Notes under the pieces: generated by a model | The model's database searches: none | Seen by the model: the letters and a program-made list of their open reading frames with translations, nothing else | Told to the model about the DNA's origin: nothing | Origin: a virus | DNA: 64,000 nt | Virus record (IMG/VR): IMGVR_UViG_3300028840_002150 | Span: 38,421-102,420 of that record | Reading direction: 5' to 3' (one strand) | Shown: piece after piece, positions 16,503 to 26,395 of the stretch | How the letters are laid out: every line of letters begins with the position of its first letter | Position numbering within the stretch: the stretch's first letter is position 1 | Translations under genes and position numbers: made by a program

Positions 16503-18361
16503 ACGACTGGACCAGCAAAGACGAAGAAGTCCGAATCCTGTTCGGCGACTGCCGGGAACGGATGAGGGAACTGCCGGACAATTCGGTGGATTCGGTGGTC
16601 TGCGACCCGCCCTACCTCCTTAGCTTCATGGGGCGCGAATGGGATAGCGTGGGCGGAAAGAAGGGGATGCGGGATGAAACACGGGCACGACAGAGGTCGG
16701 AGTACGCAGACAGCGCCCCTGGAGCACCGCGATATGCGGCTTCGGCGGTTCCTGCTGCGTTGAAGCCGGGTGAAGCCACCGCCATGCAGGCTTGGCACCA
16801 CTCCTGGGCCGTGGAAGCCTACCGCGTCCTGAAACCCGGTGGCCACCTCCTCGCGTTCGGCGGCACCAGAACTGTTCATCGCCTCGCCTGCGCCCTGGAA
16901 GATGCCGGGTTCGAGATCCGGGACAGTATCCTGGAAATGCTCGCATCGGATCAAGCGTTTCGGGATCTGTGGGACACGTTAGCGCCGGAACAGCAAGAGG
17001 CGATGGGCAAGGCATTGGAATCGGTGGGGCTGACGGGGTTGCTGTCTTGGAACCACTCACAAGGATTTCCGAAAGGCTTGAACGTGTCCAAGAAGATCGA
17101 CCGGATTCTTGGGGCGGAACGGGAAGTGGTCGCCACACGCGAAGAGCACAACATCTGCCGACCGGAAGGTGGCGGTGACGAGCGGTTCAATACGTCGTCC
17201 GGCGCCCGTGAAACAAGGACCGTCGAGACGACCGCCCCCGCCACTCCCGAGGCCAAGAAATGGGACGGCTTTAACGTGGCCATGAAGCCGAGCTTTGAGC
17301 CAGTGGTATGCTGCCGTAAACCCTTATCCGAGTCCAACGTCGCCAGCAATGTGCTGAAGTGGGGGACGGGAGCACTGAATATCGGGGCATGTAGAGTGGG
17401 AACGGAGATCGTTCCGCAACAAATCGGCGGCATGGAGCGATTCAACCAGAAGGCGCATGAACACGGCTATCGCCCCAACGCATACCAAAAAGACAATGGG
17501 CGAAACGGCGAAGCATCCGCAGAAAGCCGATACGACGAAAAAGGCAGCACCAACTTTGCCGCCATGCCGGGACCGCGGAACGGCTCGCCGCAAGGTCGCT
17601 GGCCCGCCAACACCGTCTTACTTCACCATCCCGAGTGTGTGTGCAGGGGGGTGAAGAAGGTCAAGGGCGGAACTGGAGGAAAGGCGTCGGGTGACAATGC
17701 GTTCGGCCACGATTCTGGGTGGAATAAACACAACAATCGGTCAACGAAAATCGTTCGGCAAAATGACGAAAACGGACAAGAGCAGGTCGAAGACTGGGAC
17801 TGCCACCCGGAATGCCCTGCCTTTTTACTAAACAAGCAATCTGGAAAAAGCAAAAGTAGCGGAGGACAAGCGTCGCTAGGAGCATTTCGAGGCGGCAAAA
17901 TCTACGGCGAAGGCAAGGACGTTCGAGAACAGAGGGATCCAGGTTACGGGGACTCTGGTGGCGCTTCCCGCTTCCTATACCAAGCCAAAGCGTCGCGCCG
18001 CGACCGCTGGTTTTACTGCCGCGACTGCCAAGCCGCCTTCTGCGAGACCGAACGCCAGGACCACCAGCACGGCCACGACAAGGGTAAGCCGGACTGGAAG
18101 CATATCGTTGCGCACCCAACGGTCAAACCGCTGTCCCTGATGCGGTATTTGGCAAGGCTGGTAACGCCGCCGGGAGGTGTCGTCCTGGACCCGTTCCTTG
18201 GCACGGGCACCACGGCGGTCGCCTGCATCGAGGAAGGTTTTCGGTGCATCGGCTGCGAGCAAGATCCCGAGTATGCCGTGATTGCGCGGACCAGGGTGGA
18301 AGCGAAGGCCGCGGAAGAACAAGACCGGTTTCCTTTGTTCAGGGAGCAACCCCATGCCTGA
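16499..18361 (+). CDS. site-specific DNA methyltransferase (N6/N4) with insertions
   Basis: GDC...DSVVCDPPY, RVLKPGGHL, GRWPAN, HPTVKPLSLMRYL, LDPFLGTGTT. Confidence 0.9.
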   Translation: MNDWTSKDEEVRILFGDCRERMRELPDNSVDSVVCDPPYLLSFMGREWDSVGGKKGMRDETRARQRSEYADSAPGAPRYAASAVPAALKPGEATAMQAWHHSWAVEAYRVLKPGGHLLAFGGTRTVHRLACALEDAGFEIRDSILEMLASDQAFRDLWDTLAPEQQEAMGKALESVGLTGLLSWNHSQGFPKGLNVSKKIDRILGAEREVVATREEHNICRPEGGGDERFNTSSGARETRTVETTAPATPEAKKWDGFNVAMKPSFEPVVCCRKPLSESNVASNVLKWGTGALNIGACRVGTEIVPQQIGGMERFNQKAHEHGYRPNAYQKDNGRNGEASAESRYDEKGSTNFAAMPGPRNGSPQGRWPANTVLLHHPECVCRGVKKVKGGTGGKASGDNAFGHDSGWNKHNNRSTKIVRQNDENGQEQVEDWDCHPECPAFLLNKQSGKSKSSGGQASLGAFRGGKIYGEGKDVREQRDPGYGDSGGASRFLYQAKASRRDRWFYCRDCQAAFCETERQDHQHGHDKGKPDWKHIVAHPTVKPLSLMRYLARLVTPPGGVVLDPFLGTGTTAVACIEEGFRCIGCEQDPEYAVIARTRVEAKAAEEQDRFPLFREQPHA

Positions 18362-18590
18362 CGCCACTTGCAAGCGGTTCGGATCACGGCAGACCATTCA
18401 GCATATCGGCAAGGTGCGTTGCCTCGCTGGCTGGGCCTTCGTCTTGGTTGTGGCCTTTCCGTACCTGTTCTCTGCGGTCGTGAACGAATTGACTTTCCGG
18501 TTCATGTGTGCCTGCGAGGCGACGGCGCAATGGATCTGGGATCGGGAACCGTGGCGAGAGGCGTACAGGCGGGAGATGGAGAACGGGTGA
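18354..18590 (+). CDS. small membrane protein
   Basis: One hydrophobic helix; GGGAG RBS. Confidence 0.45.
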   Translation: MPDATCKRFGSRQTIQHIGKVRCLAGWAFVLVVAFPYLFSAVVNELTFRFMCACEATAQWIWDREPWREAYRREMENG

Positions 18591-18756
18591 TCCGTACAAG
18601 CGAAAGGGGGCGACATGAGCCGCAGGGGGTGCGACCATTTTATCGACGAGGTAACCCAAACCATTAACCGCATGCGGCAAGAGTACGAAATGACCTACGC
18701 CGAAATCATCGGGTGCCTGTGTTTGCTGCGGGCCGATATGGAGATGGAGGCCGCTG

Positions 18757-19071
18757 ATGACGGCGAATGAACCCGCGGCAGAATCGCCGCTCTGGAGCTT
18801 CCGCAAATACGACCGACCGGACGATGTAGGGTGGGCCGGTTGGATCGAAGTATGCGGAGAGATAATCGCGTTTATCGGGCTGGATAGGCGGATAACATGG
18901 GCAAATCCGCCGCAGCCTTTGAGGAACAGTTTCGAGTGCCCGCACTGTGGCCGAACACACGACCCGGCGGCGGAAGACGCCGAGCACCATTGTATTCCGC
19001 AACTAACCCCAGGCCGTCCACCGCATATTGTGTGTCCAGGATGCGGCAAGTGCATGGGGTGTGATGAATAA
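18757..19071 (+). CDS. Zn-finger protein
   Basis: CPHCG and CPGCGKC. Confidence 0.5.
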   Translation: MTANEPAAESPLWSFRKYDRPDDVGWAGWIEVCGEIIAFIGLDRRITWANPPQPLRNSFECPHCGRTHDPAAEDAEHHCIPQLTPGRPPHIVCPGCGKCMGCDE

Positions 19072-19088
19072 GAGCCAAGGGGAACGGC

Positions 19089-19613
19089 ATGGCAATTGAC
19101 CTACAGGCGTTTTGCGACGAAGAATGTCAACCCAGATATGCAAGGAAGGATTCCTTGAACCTAACACGACCGTTCGAGATTGAGCTGCAATTCCCGTGGG
19201 CGAGCGGCACTTACGCGGCGGCCACGGACGCGGCAATCATCGTCGTGTCGAAACAGCCGTTGCCGTGGTTTCCGCCAGGGCCGTTTCCGAAGGTGCATGT
19301 AGCGCTCGCCGATTTTCCGCAAGATCGGCCGCGCAAATGGCGCAAGCTACCGGAACCCCGCCGGTGTGCCGAATGCAACGGGCTGGGGGTGCTGAAGCAT
19401 ACTTGCGAAAGCTGGTATTGCAGGCGTACCCACTACGGCCGAACGTGCGACAAGTGCCAACTTTCCATCGGCAAAAAACGCCTGTCCCAGTGGTACGCAA
19501 ATAAGATCCGCAGCTTGCCGGATGCTGCAATTTGGTCCGACGATGCGGACCCGTGCTCGCCAATTTGGTTTCGGTTTATCGGCGGGTTCGGGGCCGTGAT
19601 GCCTACGGCGTGA
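19089..19613 (+). CDS. hypothetical protein with Zn finger (weak beta-clamp-like ATD motif)
   Basis: IDLQAFC...YAAATDAAIIV...CAECNGLG...PIWFRF..GFGAVMP. Confidence 0.55.
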   Translation: MAIDLQAFCDEECQPRYARKDSLNLTRPFEIELQFPWASGTYAAATDAAIIVVSKQPLPWFPPGPFPKVHVALADFPQDRPRKWRKLPEPRRCAECNGLGVLKHTCESWYCRRTHYGRTCDKCQLSIGKKRLSQWYANKIRSLPDAAIWSDDADPCSPIWFRFIGGFGAVMPTA

Positions 19614-19633
19614 TGACCGGGGTGGCGTCTACC

Positions 19634-19667
19634 TTGCCCCGTGTCCCCCTATCCAGTAGAGATCCCC
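19634..19667 (+). promoter_or_regulatory. putative late promoter
   Basis: TTGCCC-N17-TAGAGATCCCC; same motif before other structural operons. Confidence 0.5.
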
Positions 19668-19684
19668 ACTGAGTATCGGTCGAA

Positions 19685-20125
19685 ATGCCGCACGCGCACT
19701 TTCGGAACGGTTCGGACAGGTGGGCCACCCCGGTGTGGCTGTTTGAGGCACTGGACCGGGAATTCGGCTTCACCCTGGACGTGTGCGCGGAACCGGAGAC
19801 GGCCAAATGCAAGCGGTTCTTCGGCCCGGAGGAAAACGGGCTACTGAAGAACTGGGGGTCCGAAATATGCTGGATGAATCCGCCCTACTCCGCTACCGCC
19901 AAGTGGATGGCCAAGGCCCACAATGCGGCCAACGAGGGGGCCACCGTTGTTTGCCTGGTGCCGAGCAAGACCGATGCCATCTGGTTCCACCGGTATGCCT
20001 TGAAGCACGAGTGCCGGTTTGTCAAGGGTCGGCTGCGGTTCGGCGGGCCGGATGCCGACAAGGCCCCATTCGCCTCGCTGGTGGTGGTCATGCGGCCGGA
20101 TTCTTTCCGGTTGTGCTCTTTGTAG
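19685..20125 (+). CDS. phage N6-adenine DNA methyltransferase (Dam-like)
   Basis: DRWATP..LF..LD.EFGFTLDVCA, WMNPPY, VVCLVP, RFVKGRLRF. Confidence 0.9.
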   Translation: MPHAHFRNGSDRWATPVWLFEALDREFGFTLDVCAEPETAKCKRFFGPEENGLLKNWGSEICWMNPPYSATAKWMAKAHNAANEGATVVCLVPSKTDAIWFHRYALKHECRFVKGRLRFGGPDADKAPFASLVVVMRPDSFRLCSL

Positions 20126-20138
20126 CCGGGAGGACCGT

Positions 20139-20315
20139 ATGAGCACCGGCACCCGCGCCGATCCGATCAAACGCCAGCGGGCCGCCCGCCTATTACGCGA
20201 GGGCCGCCCCCACCGCGAAATCGCGCGAGTCACCGGCCTGGCCCGAGAAACCGTCCGCAAACTCGCCTGTGAACAGGCCGCCCCTTCCCGCCAGAATCAG
20301 GCCCGCAAATCATGA
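20139..20315 (+). CDS. small HTH protein
   Basis: LLREGRPHREIARVTGLARETVRK. Confidence 0.7.
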   Translation: MSTGTRADPIKRQRAARLLREGRPHREIARVTGLARETVRKLACEQAAPSRQNQARKS

Positions 20316-23300
20316 CCCTCACCCAGGAACAGACCGAACGGCTGGACTCCTTGTCGCAACTCCGCCAGACGTTCGAGGCCGAGAAGGAAGCCCGCGCGGC
20401 GCGGGCCATGGAATCCTATCTCCGCACCCAGGAACACCTAGCCAAGGCCAAGCAGTACACCGCGGAATCGTTGGTGTTTACCGGGGCGCAGACCTACGTG
20501 AACCCGAACGACTACCTTCCCAACATGTTCCGGCGAGACCGGCAGTTGATTTACGGCGGGCACATCGCGGGAATCGGGGACCGCTACCGGGGCCGAGACC
20601 TGCCGTTCATCTACACGTTGCAGGACGCATCCCAGGCCCGCGGAATGGCCCGGCTTGTCACCAAGACCACCTGCCCCGGCGTGGGCGTAGAGCAAAACCT
20701 GAAGGGCTACATCTGCAAGGACGGGTTCACCTTCCAGGCCGGCGACAAAAAGAACTCCGAAGCTCCCGCCGCTTTGGTCGCCGCGGTCCAGGACGTGATT
20801 GACGACATGCTGGACGCCAACGACTTCACGGGCGATTTGGACAAGGAAATTCTCTGGCGGACCATCCGGGACGGCGAGTGCTACAACGTGCTCTACCCGC
20901 AGAAAGACGGCATCACGATCATTCGCCAACTGGAGCCGGAGCAAAATCCCGAGCCGCCGAATAACCCGTTTACCCCCGAGGAGCTGTTCACCAGATTCGG
21001 CATCGAGACGGCTGAGGACTGCGACTGGTCCCTCGGAGTACACACGCCGGCATGGGACGTGCAGCGGCCCTACGGCTACTATGTTCAGTGGGACCCGACC
21101 GATGCGGGCGACTACATCCCCGCCGAGCATTGCGTGCATATCAAGTGGGGCGTGGAGCGGAATGTCAAGCGCGGATTGACCGCATTTTACCCGAGTTGGC
21201 AATGGCTTCTCCAGCAGCAAGATTTGCTGGTAAACACCGGCGAAGGTGCCAAGCGGTTGGCCGCCATCGCCTACATTGTCCAGTACGCCAACGCTACGGC
21301 ATCCGAATATCAGGCGATGCGGGACGCCAGCCTCGGAACGTACGATGTGACCGTGGACCTGCCGGGCGGCGGATCGAAGACCTACACCCGGACCTTGGAC
21401 AATCCGGGAGACGTGCTGAACGTCCCGGAGGGGCAGGAGTTCGTTTCCGGCCCGACCGGGCACGAGCGGGGCAATGCGTTCCTGCAAATCGCACAGGGCA
21501 TCCTCCGGCAAGTGGCGGTCCAGTTTTGCATGTCGGAGGGGATGATTTCCGGCGACGACAGCAACAATAACTTCGCCTCGTCCGTGGTGGCTGGCAGCCG
21601 GTTCCACACGTTCTGCACTATGATGCAGGGGTGGCTCGGAGGCAAGTTCACGAAGATGGCATGGCGGGCGGTCCAGTTCGCCTATGATGCCGGGCGGTTC
21701 CGCCAATGGGGATTCGAGCCGGGCCGCCGCACGTTCCGCCAATTGCGGCGGATAATCGAAATCAACGTCACCGGGCCGGACGTGGCCATCGAGACGGCTG
21801 CCGACAAGCAGGCCATCGCCACCTACCGCCAAATCCTCAACCAGTCCGGGGTGCTGTCCAAAAAGACCTGGATGCAGCACGAAGACCTGGACGCGGAGCG
21901 GGAGCAGAAGCAAATCGAGGAAGAGGGCGGACCGGCGGGAGAACAGCAAGGCGGAGCACCCGGCGCCCCCGGTGCTCCCCCGGCGCCGGGCGGCGGAGAT
22001 GGCGGCGAGCCCGAGCCGCCCAGCCCGCCCGCAGGCCCCCCGCCGGCCAAAGCCGCCCAATTGGACGCCGAGCGACCCGCTACGGAATCCTCCGCCGACA
22101 GGCCCGAGGATTGCGGCTGCGCTGCGGAAGACACCGCCGCCGTGCCCACGCAAACGCCCCGCCGCCCCACGGTAGCCGTGGACCTGGACGGCACGCTCAC
22201 CCTGCCGGATGGCACGCCGAAGCCGGATGCGCTGGCCGCAATGCAATCCTTGGCCAACTGCGGCTTCTGCCTGATTATCAACACCGTTCGCGGAAACCGG
22301 CAGGAAGTGGCCACCTGGCTAAGCCGCTACGGCATCCCCTACGACTACATCAACGAGAACCCATTCCAACCGCCCGATACGTCCGGCAAGATCATGGCCG
22401 ACGTGTACCTGGATGACCGAGCCGTGAGCGGGGAGGGGCCGCTTTCGCTGGTTGTGCCCCAGGTAATCGCGCAGGCCACACAATCGGCATCGGAGCCGCA
22501 TCAAGGCGGACCGCCGCCGCTAAACACGCAGCCCGCTTTCGGACAACCCATTGCGGAATCTTCGCGCATTTCCCCCGATATTGTGGATCTATCAGCGAAT
22601 ACCCTAATGGCGGAATCCGGTATGGTCCAAGTTTTGGAAGCAGACGGTTCGGCCGTTTGGGAAGGGCAGGCCGCCGATCTGGGGGAAACCCTGGATGTGG
22701 CCCTGGAACTGTACGGGCCGGCAGCGGTCGAGGGGTTGCAGGTTTCCCGGTGTTTCGACGGGAAGGGAGGCGTGGCAGAAGCCGCCGTCCCTTTTGCGAT
22801 GGAGAAGGAGGGGGATAAGTGGATTACCCTCCGCTCTGGCGCGCGGGTGCAAATCGACGGCGAGGGAACGATTACCGCGGGATTTGGCAAGGGTGAAAAC
22901 ATCCGGGCCATGGGCAGGCGGGAAGCCAAGGACAATAAGCCGAAACGGGAACGCGTTGCAACCCCGGAGGAAAAAGTTGCCGGCCTGTTTTCGGAAAGCG
23001 AGAAGAAGCTCCCGAAACAAGCGCAGCAACCGCTAAAAACCCGCGATGAAGTCTACGGAAATGCCACCAAGGTCAAGGACCGTTATGACAAGGTTTTGAA
23101 CCAGGGGCAGGGCGTCGATTCCGCTATCGGGGCCAAAGTGGTGCAAGCACAAGACGCAATGTCGGCCATGGACGAGCCGGGTCCGGTTGTTATCCTGGCA
23201 CCGCTGAAAGGCGAGGCAAGAGCCGCCGAAAAGGTGGAGACGAAGTACGGCGGAGATTGGTCGCAACTGCAGGACGTGGTGAGGGGAACCGTTGCGGTCG

Positions 23301-23671
23301 ATACCGTGGACGATTTGCCAAAAGTGACGGAGGCGCTGCGGGAGAAAATGGAATCGCAGGGGTTCAAGCTGGCCGCCGCACCGGACGACAAAATGAGCAA
23401 CCCAACCCCGGCGGGCTACCGGGATGTAGCGCTCATGATGGTTTCCCCGGAAGGCATGGTCTGCGAGCTGCAGGTAAACGTGAAGTCGATGATAAAGGCG
23501 AAGCAGGGTCCGGGTCACAAGATGTACGAAGAGGCCCGAGGGATCGAGGCAAAGGCCAAGCTGGAAGGCCGCAACATGACCCCCGCCGAGCAAAAGCAAA
23601 TGCAGGACCTAAACGGAAAAATGACCAAGTTGTACGCGGACGCCTGGAAGCAGGCGGTGGGGGGTAAGTGA
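20312..23671 (+). CDS. portal protein fused to a HAD-family domain and a C-terminal RelA/SpoT-like nucleotidyltransferase
   Basis: Portal: RDGEC, IPAEHCVHIK..RGL, SGDDSNNNFAS; HAD: AVDLDGTL...KIMADVYLDDRA; RelA/SpoT: LK..RA.EK, QDVVRG, GYRDV, ELQV. Confidence 0.8.
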   Translation: MTLTQEQTERLDSLSQLRQTFEAEKEARAARAMESYLRTQEHLAKAKQYTAESLVFTGAQTYVNPNDYLPNMFRRDRQLIYGGHIAGIGDRYRGRDLPFIYTLQDASQARGMARLVTKTTCPGVGVEQNLKGYICKDGFTFQAGDKKNSEAPAALVAAVQDVIDDMLDANDFTGDLDKEILWRTIRDGECYNVLYPQKDGITIIRQLEPEQNPEPPNNPFTPEELFTRFGIETAEDCDWSLGVHTPAWDVQRPYGYYVQWDPTDAGDYIPAEHCVHIKWGVERNVKRGLTAFYPSWQWLLQQQDLLVNTGEGAKRLAAIAYIVQYANATASEYQAMRDASLGTYDVTVDLPGGGSKTYTRTLDNPGDVLNVPEGQEFVSGPTGHERGNAFLQIAQGILRQVAVQFCMSEGMISGDDSNNNFASSVVAGSRFHTFCTMMQGWLGGKFTKMAWRAVQFAYDAGRFRQWGFEPGRRTFRQLRRIIEINVTGPDVAIETAADKQAIATYRQILNQSGVLSKKTWMQHEDLDAEREQKQIEEEGGPAGEQQGGAPGAPGAPPAPGGGDGGEPEPPSPPAGPPPAKAAQLDAERPATESSADRPEDCGCAAEDTAAVPTQTPRRPTVAVDLDGTLTLPDGTPKPDALAAMQSLANCGFCLIINTVRGNRQEVATWLSRYGIPYDYINENPFQPPDTSGKIMADVYLDDRAVSGEGPLSLVVPQVIAQATQSASEPHQGGPPPLNTQPAFGQPIAESSRISPDIVDLSANTLMAESGMVQVLEADGSAVWEGQAADLGETLDVALELYGPAAVEGLQVSRCFDGKGGVAEAAVPFAMEKEGDKWITLRSGARVQIDGEGTITAGFGKGENIRAMGRREAKDNKPKRERVATPEEKVAGLFSESEKKLPKQAQQPLKTRDEVYGNATKVKDRYDKVLNQGQGVDSAIGAKVVQAQDAMSAMDEPGPVVILAPLKGEARAAEKVETKYGGDWSQLQDVVRGTVAVDTVDDLPKVTEALREKMESQGFKLAAAPDDKMSNPTPAGYRDVALMMVSPEGMVCELQVNVKSMIKAKQGPGHKMYEEARGIEAKAKLEGRNMTPAEQKQMQDLNGKMTKLYADAWKQAVGGK

Positions 23672-23865
23672 TGGCAGACACAAAGTATGTTGACTCCGAA
23701 GGGGCGCTGTTGCGCTGGTTAGACCACGCAATGCCGTTTCGTGAAGTGTACCGCAAGGGCGGCAAGTGGGTGCCCTACGGCGGCGAGTATAGCGATTGGC
23801 TTTACGGTAAGCCGCTGTCGGATTCGGAAGCCCGCGAACGAATGAAGCAGATCGACGAGGACTGA
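23671..23865 (+). CDS. small protein, putative immunity or antitoxin
   Basis: TGATG coupling directly after the RelA/SpoT domain; function inferred from position only. Confidence 0.45.
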   Translation: MADTKYVDSEGALLRWLDHAMPFREVYRKGGKWVPYGGEYSDWLYGKPLSDSEARERMKQIDED

Positions 23866-23867
23866 CC

Positions 23868-26306
23868 ATGCCGGTTGACATTCCGCTCTTGAAAGCCCTC
23901 CAGCGTCGCGCATCTCTGAGGCTGTTGGAAACGTGGTCCGGGAACCGCGGCGGGGATACCGTAGTCGCCGAAGAGGAACGCTGGATTACCACCGACAACG
24001 GGAAGCGGATGAAGATTGACGACTCCGGCAAGATTACCGCCGGTCCTGGGGCGGGGATGAACATCTCCGATTTTGGCAAGCACGGCCCGAGCGGCAAAAA
24101 GTCTCAAGCGGCAAGTGGTGGCGACAAGCCGCTGGACGTGGATAAGTCCGGCGATGAACTGGCCGCGGACCGCAAAGCCAAGCTGATGCAAGCGTTTCGC
24201 AAAAACGCCGGCGACGATGGGGGCGAGGCCGCGCCTGCCGAGCGGGCAAGCCAGGCGGCTACGCGGGGCAATGACGAAGGGTTGAAATCCGGAGAGCAAC
24301 TAGCCGCAGACCGCAAGGCGAAACTTCAGCAGGCGTTCAAAGCGCAGCAGGACATCGCCCGAGCATCGGCCAACAAGCAAAGCAAGATTGACGGCGCCCG
24401 CCGTTCGTCGCCCGGCGATACGGAGCCGGTGGTTCGCGATACGTACAAGGCCGCGGAAACCCTGGAAAAGTTGGCTCCCGGCACTACCACCAAACAGGCC
24501 GCGCAAATGTCCGGGGCCCCGGATGAAGCGGTGGTGGATCTAAGCCAAGCCAAAGGCGGCGCGGTCCGGTACCATGCGATGGATGACCGGTTCGAGGCAA
24601 CCGGCACCATCCGCCGCGCGGAAGATGGCAAACTCGAGGTCCGCTACGATCGGCTAAGTATCCTGCCCGATGCCCGCGGGACCGGGTTCGGCGCCGAGCT
24701 GTTGAACAATCAGGTACACGCTGCGGAAAAAAGCGGGGTGTCTCGGATCCGCGTCGAGGCCGTGGGCAACTATATGGAAAACGATCTACGGAACGGCTAC
24801 TACGCGTTTCCCCGCATGGGGTTCGACGGCGACTTGCCGGGCGATTGGAAAGGCCAGATGGAAGCCAACGGCGCGATGGGGGACGCTTTGCCGGCGGACC
24901 TGCAAAACGCCACCAAGGTTTCGGACCTGATGAAAACGCCGCAAGGGCGGGAGGCGTGGAAAAAGTACGGCTTCCCGATGGAGCTAACCTTGGACACCAC
25001 TCCAGGTTCCCAGGGCCGCAAGGTGTTTGACGCCTACTACCAAAGCGGCGACCGCAAGGGGACGGATCTGAAGGTGGAATCCGCGCCGCCACGAGAAATG
25101 CCGCTCATGGAAGAGGGGCAGGAAGTACCGGAACCGGGGGACGATGAGCGGGAGGTGGACATCGATCTCGGCATTGACGACGACGAAGACATCTTCGCCG
25201 AAATCTGGGATACGCTCGAAGACGACGCGGAGCCTGACGCAGAACCCGGCGAGGGGACCGTCACCGAGGCCGCCGACAAGTACGCCGATGTGGACCTGAC
25301 GCCGACTAAGGGGATGCAGGCAGCGGCCAGAAATGGCGTGGAGCGGCATGAAAACGGCGAGACGGGCGACGGGCTGAAACCGGAGACCGTATCCCGAGCT
25401 AACCGGATTGCACGCGGCGAGCGGCTTACCCCCGAGCACGTCCGCGAAATGTCCGGCTGGTTCGCGCGGCACGGCAAGGACAAGCAGGAACCCGGCACCC
25501 CTTGGTATGCCGCGTGGCAGCTTTGGGGCGGCAACGCGGGGGAATCCTGGAGCAAGGACAAGTCCGCGGAATTGGACCGCAAAGACGAAGAATCCAAGGC
25601 CGCCGAATCCGCCATGACACCGGCGGATATTCCGGCCGCTACGGACCCGGACTGGCGGCACGTTCAGGAAAACGCATTCGACAACTTGACCCCCGAGGCC
25701 CGCGAAGGCGACCCCGCCCAACCGACGGACCGCGCCCAACTTGAGCGGGAACTCCGCAACGCCCGAGTCAAGACCAACCCCAACCCCTCGCCACGGGCGA
25801 AGCGGACCGGCAAGTACCGCAAGGGCAAGGTGGAAATCCACGGGCTGACGGTCGCCATCGAGAATCCGAAACATTCGACCCGCTCCGGCAAGGCCAAGGA
25901 CGGCACCGAATGGGAGCGGTACTATCATTTCGACTACGGAGAAATCCGGGACGCGGTGGGCGAAGATGGGGATTTCCTGGACGCCTACATCGGGCCGGAC
26001 CCAGCCTCGGAGCTGGTGGTTATCATCGACCAGATCGACCAGGACACCGGCGAATTCGACGAGCACAAAGTCATGCTCGGGTGGCACGACCAGGCAGAGG
26101 CGGTAAAAGCCTACCTGCAGCACTACCCGGCAGACTGGCGGCCCGGCCACGTCACCGCGCTGACGGTAGACCAATTCAAAGCGTGGATTTCCGGCACACA
26201 ATGGGGCACCCAGGCCGCTAAGGTTCGGGACTCCATCTTTGCCGCGCTGGAATCCGCCGAGACCGTCGCGGACGTGCTACGGGAATTCAGCAGCACCTAC
26301 CCCTGA
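23868..26306 (+). CDS. polyvalent head-associated protein: GNAT, conserved DLTP/WQLWGG domain, inorganic pyrophosphatase-like domain
   Basis: ARGTGFG...GYYAFPRMGF (GNAT); MSGWFARH..WQLWGG; IENPK..RSG..DYGEI..GEDGD.LD.YIG..DQ..FDEHKVMLG (InPase). Confidence 0.78.
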   Translation: MPVDIPLLKALQRRASLRLLETWSGNRGGDTVVAEEERWITTDNGKRMKIDDSGKITAGPGAGMNISDFGKHGPSGKKSQAASGGDKPLDVDKSGDELAADRKAKLMQAFRKNAGDDGGEAAPAERASQAATRGNDEGLKSGEQLAADRKAKLQQAFKAQQDIARASANKQSKIDGARRSSPGDTEPVVRDTYKAAETLEKLAPGTTTKQAAQMSGAPDEAVVDLSQAKGGAVRYHAMDDRFEATGTIRRAEDGKLEVRYDRLSILPDARGTGFGAELLNNQVHAAEKSGVSRIRVEAVGNYMENDLRNGYYAFPRMGFDGDLPGDWKGQMEANGAMGDALPADLQNATKVSDLMKTPQGREAWKKYGFPMELTLDTTPGSQGRKVFDAYYQSGDRKGTDLKVESAPPREMPLMEEGQEVPEPGDDEREVDIDLGIDDDEDIFAEIWDTLEDDAEPDAEPGEGTVTEAADKYADVDLTPTKGMQAAARNGVERHENGETGDGLKPETVSRANRIARGERLTPEHVREMSGWFARHGKDKQEPGTPWYAAWQLWGGNAGESWSKDKSAELDRKDEESKAAESAMTPADIPAATDPDWRHVQENAFDNLTPEAREGDPAQPTDRAQLERELRNARVKTNPNPSPRAKRTGKYRKGKVEIHGLTVAIENPKHSTRSGKAKDGTEWERYYHFDYGEIRDAVGEDGDFLDAYIGPDPASELVVIIDQIDQDTGEFDEHKVMLGWHDQAEAVKAYLQHYPADWRPGHVTALTVDQFKAWISGTQWGTQAAKVRDSIFAALESAETVADVLREFSSTYP

Positions 26307-26371
26307 TTTTCCGCCAATATCAAAAGAGGGCTTGCGAATACGTCCTCAAGGGGTGATATTGGGGAACTATC
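26305..26371 (+). promoter_or_regulatory. early-type promoter between two operator palindromes
   Basis: GATTTT-CCGCC-AATATC-N12-GCGAATA; second site GATATT-GGGGA-ACTATC at 26355. Confidence 0.65.
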
Positions 26372-26395
26372 GGATATGAGCCGGAGGGCTGGATT

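Noticed and set aside
20438-22246. 602-aa minus-strand ORF
   Set aside because: Antisense shadow of the portal gene caused by GC-rich codon bias; no recognisable motifs.
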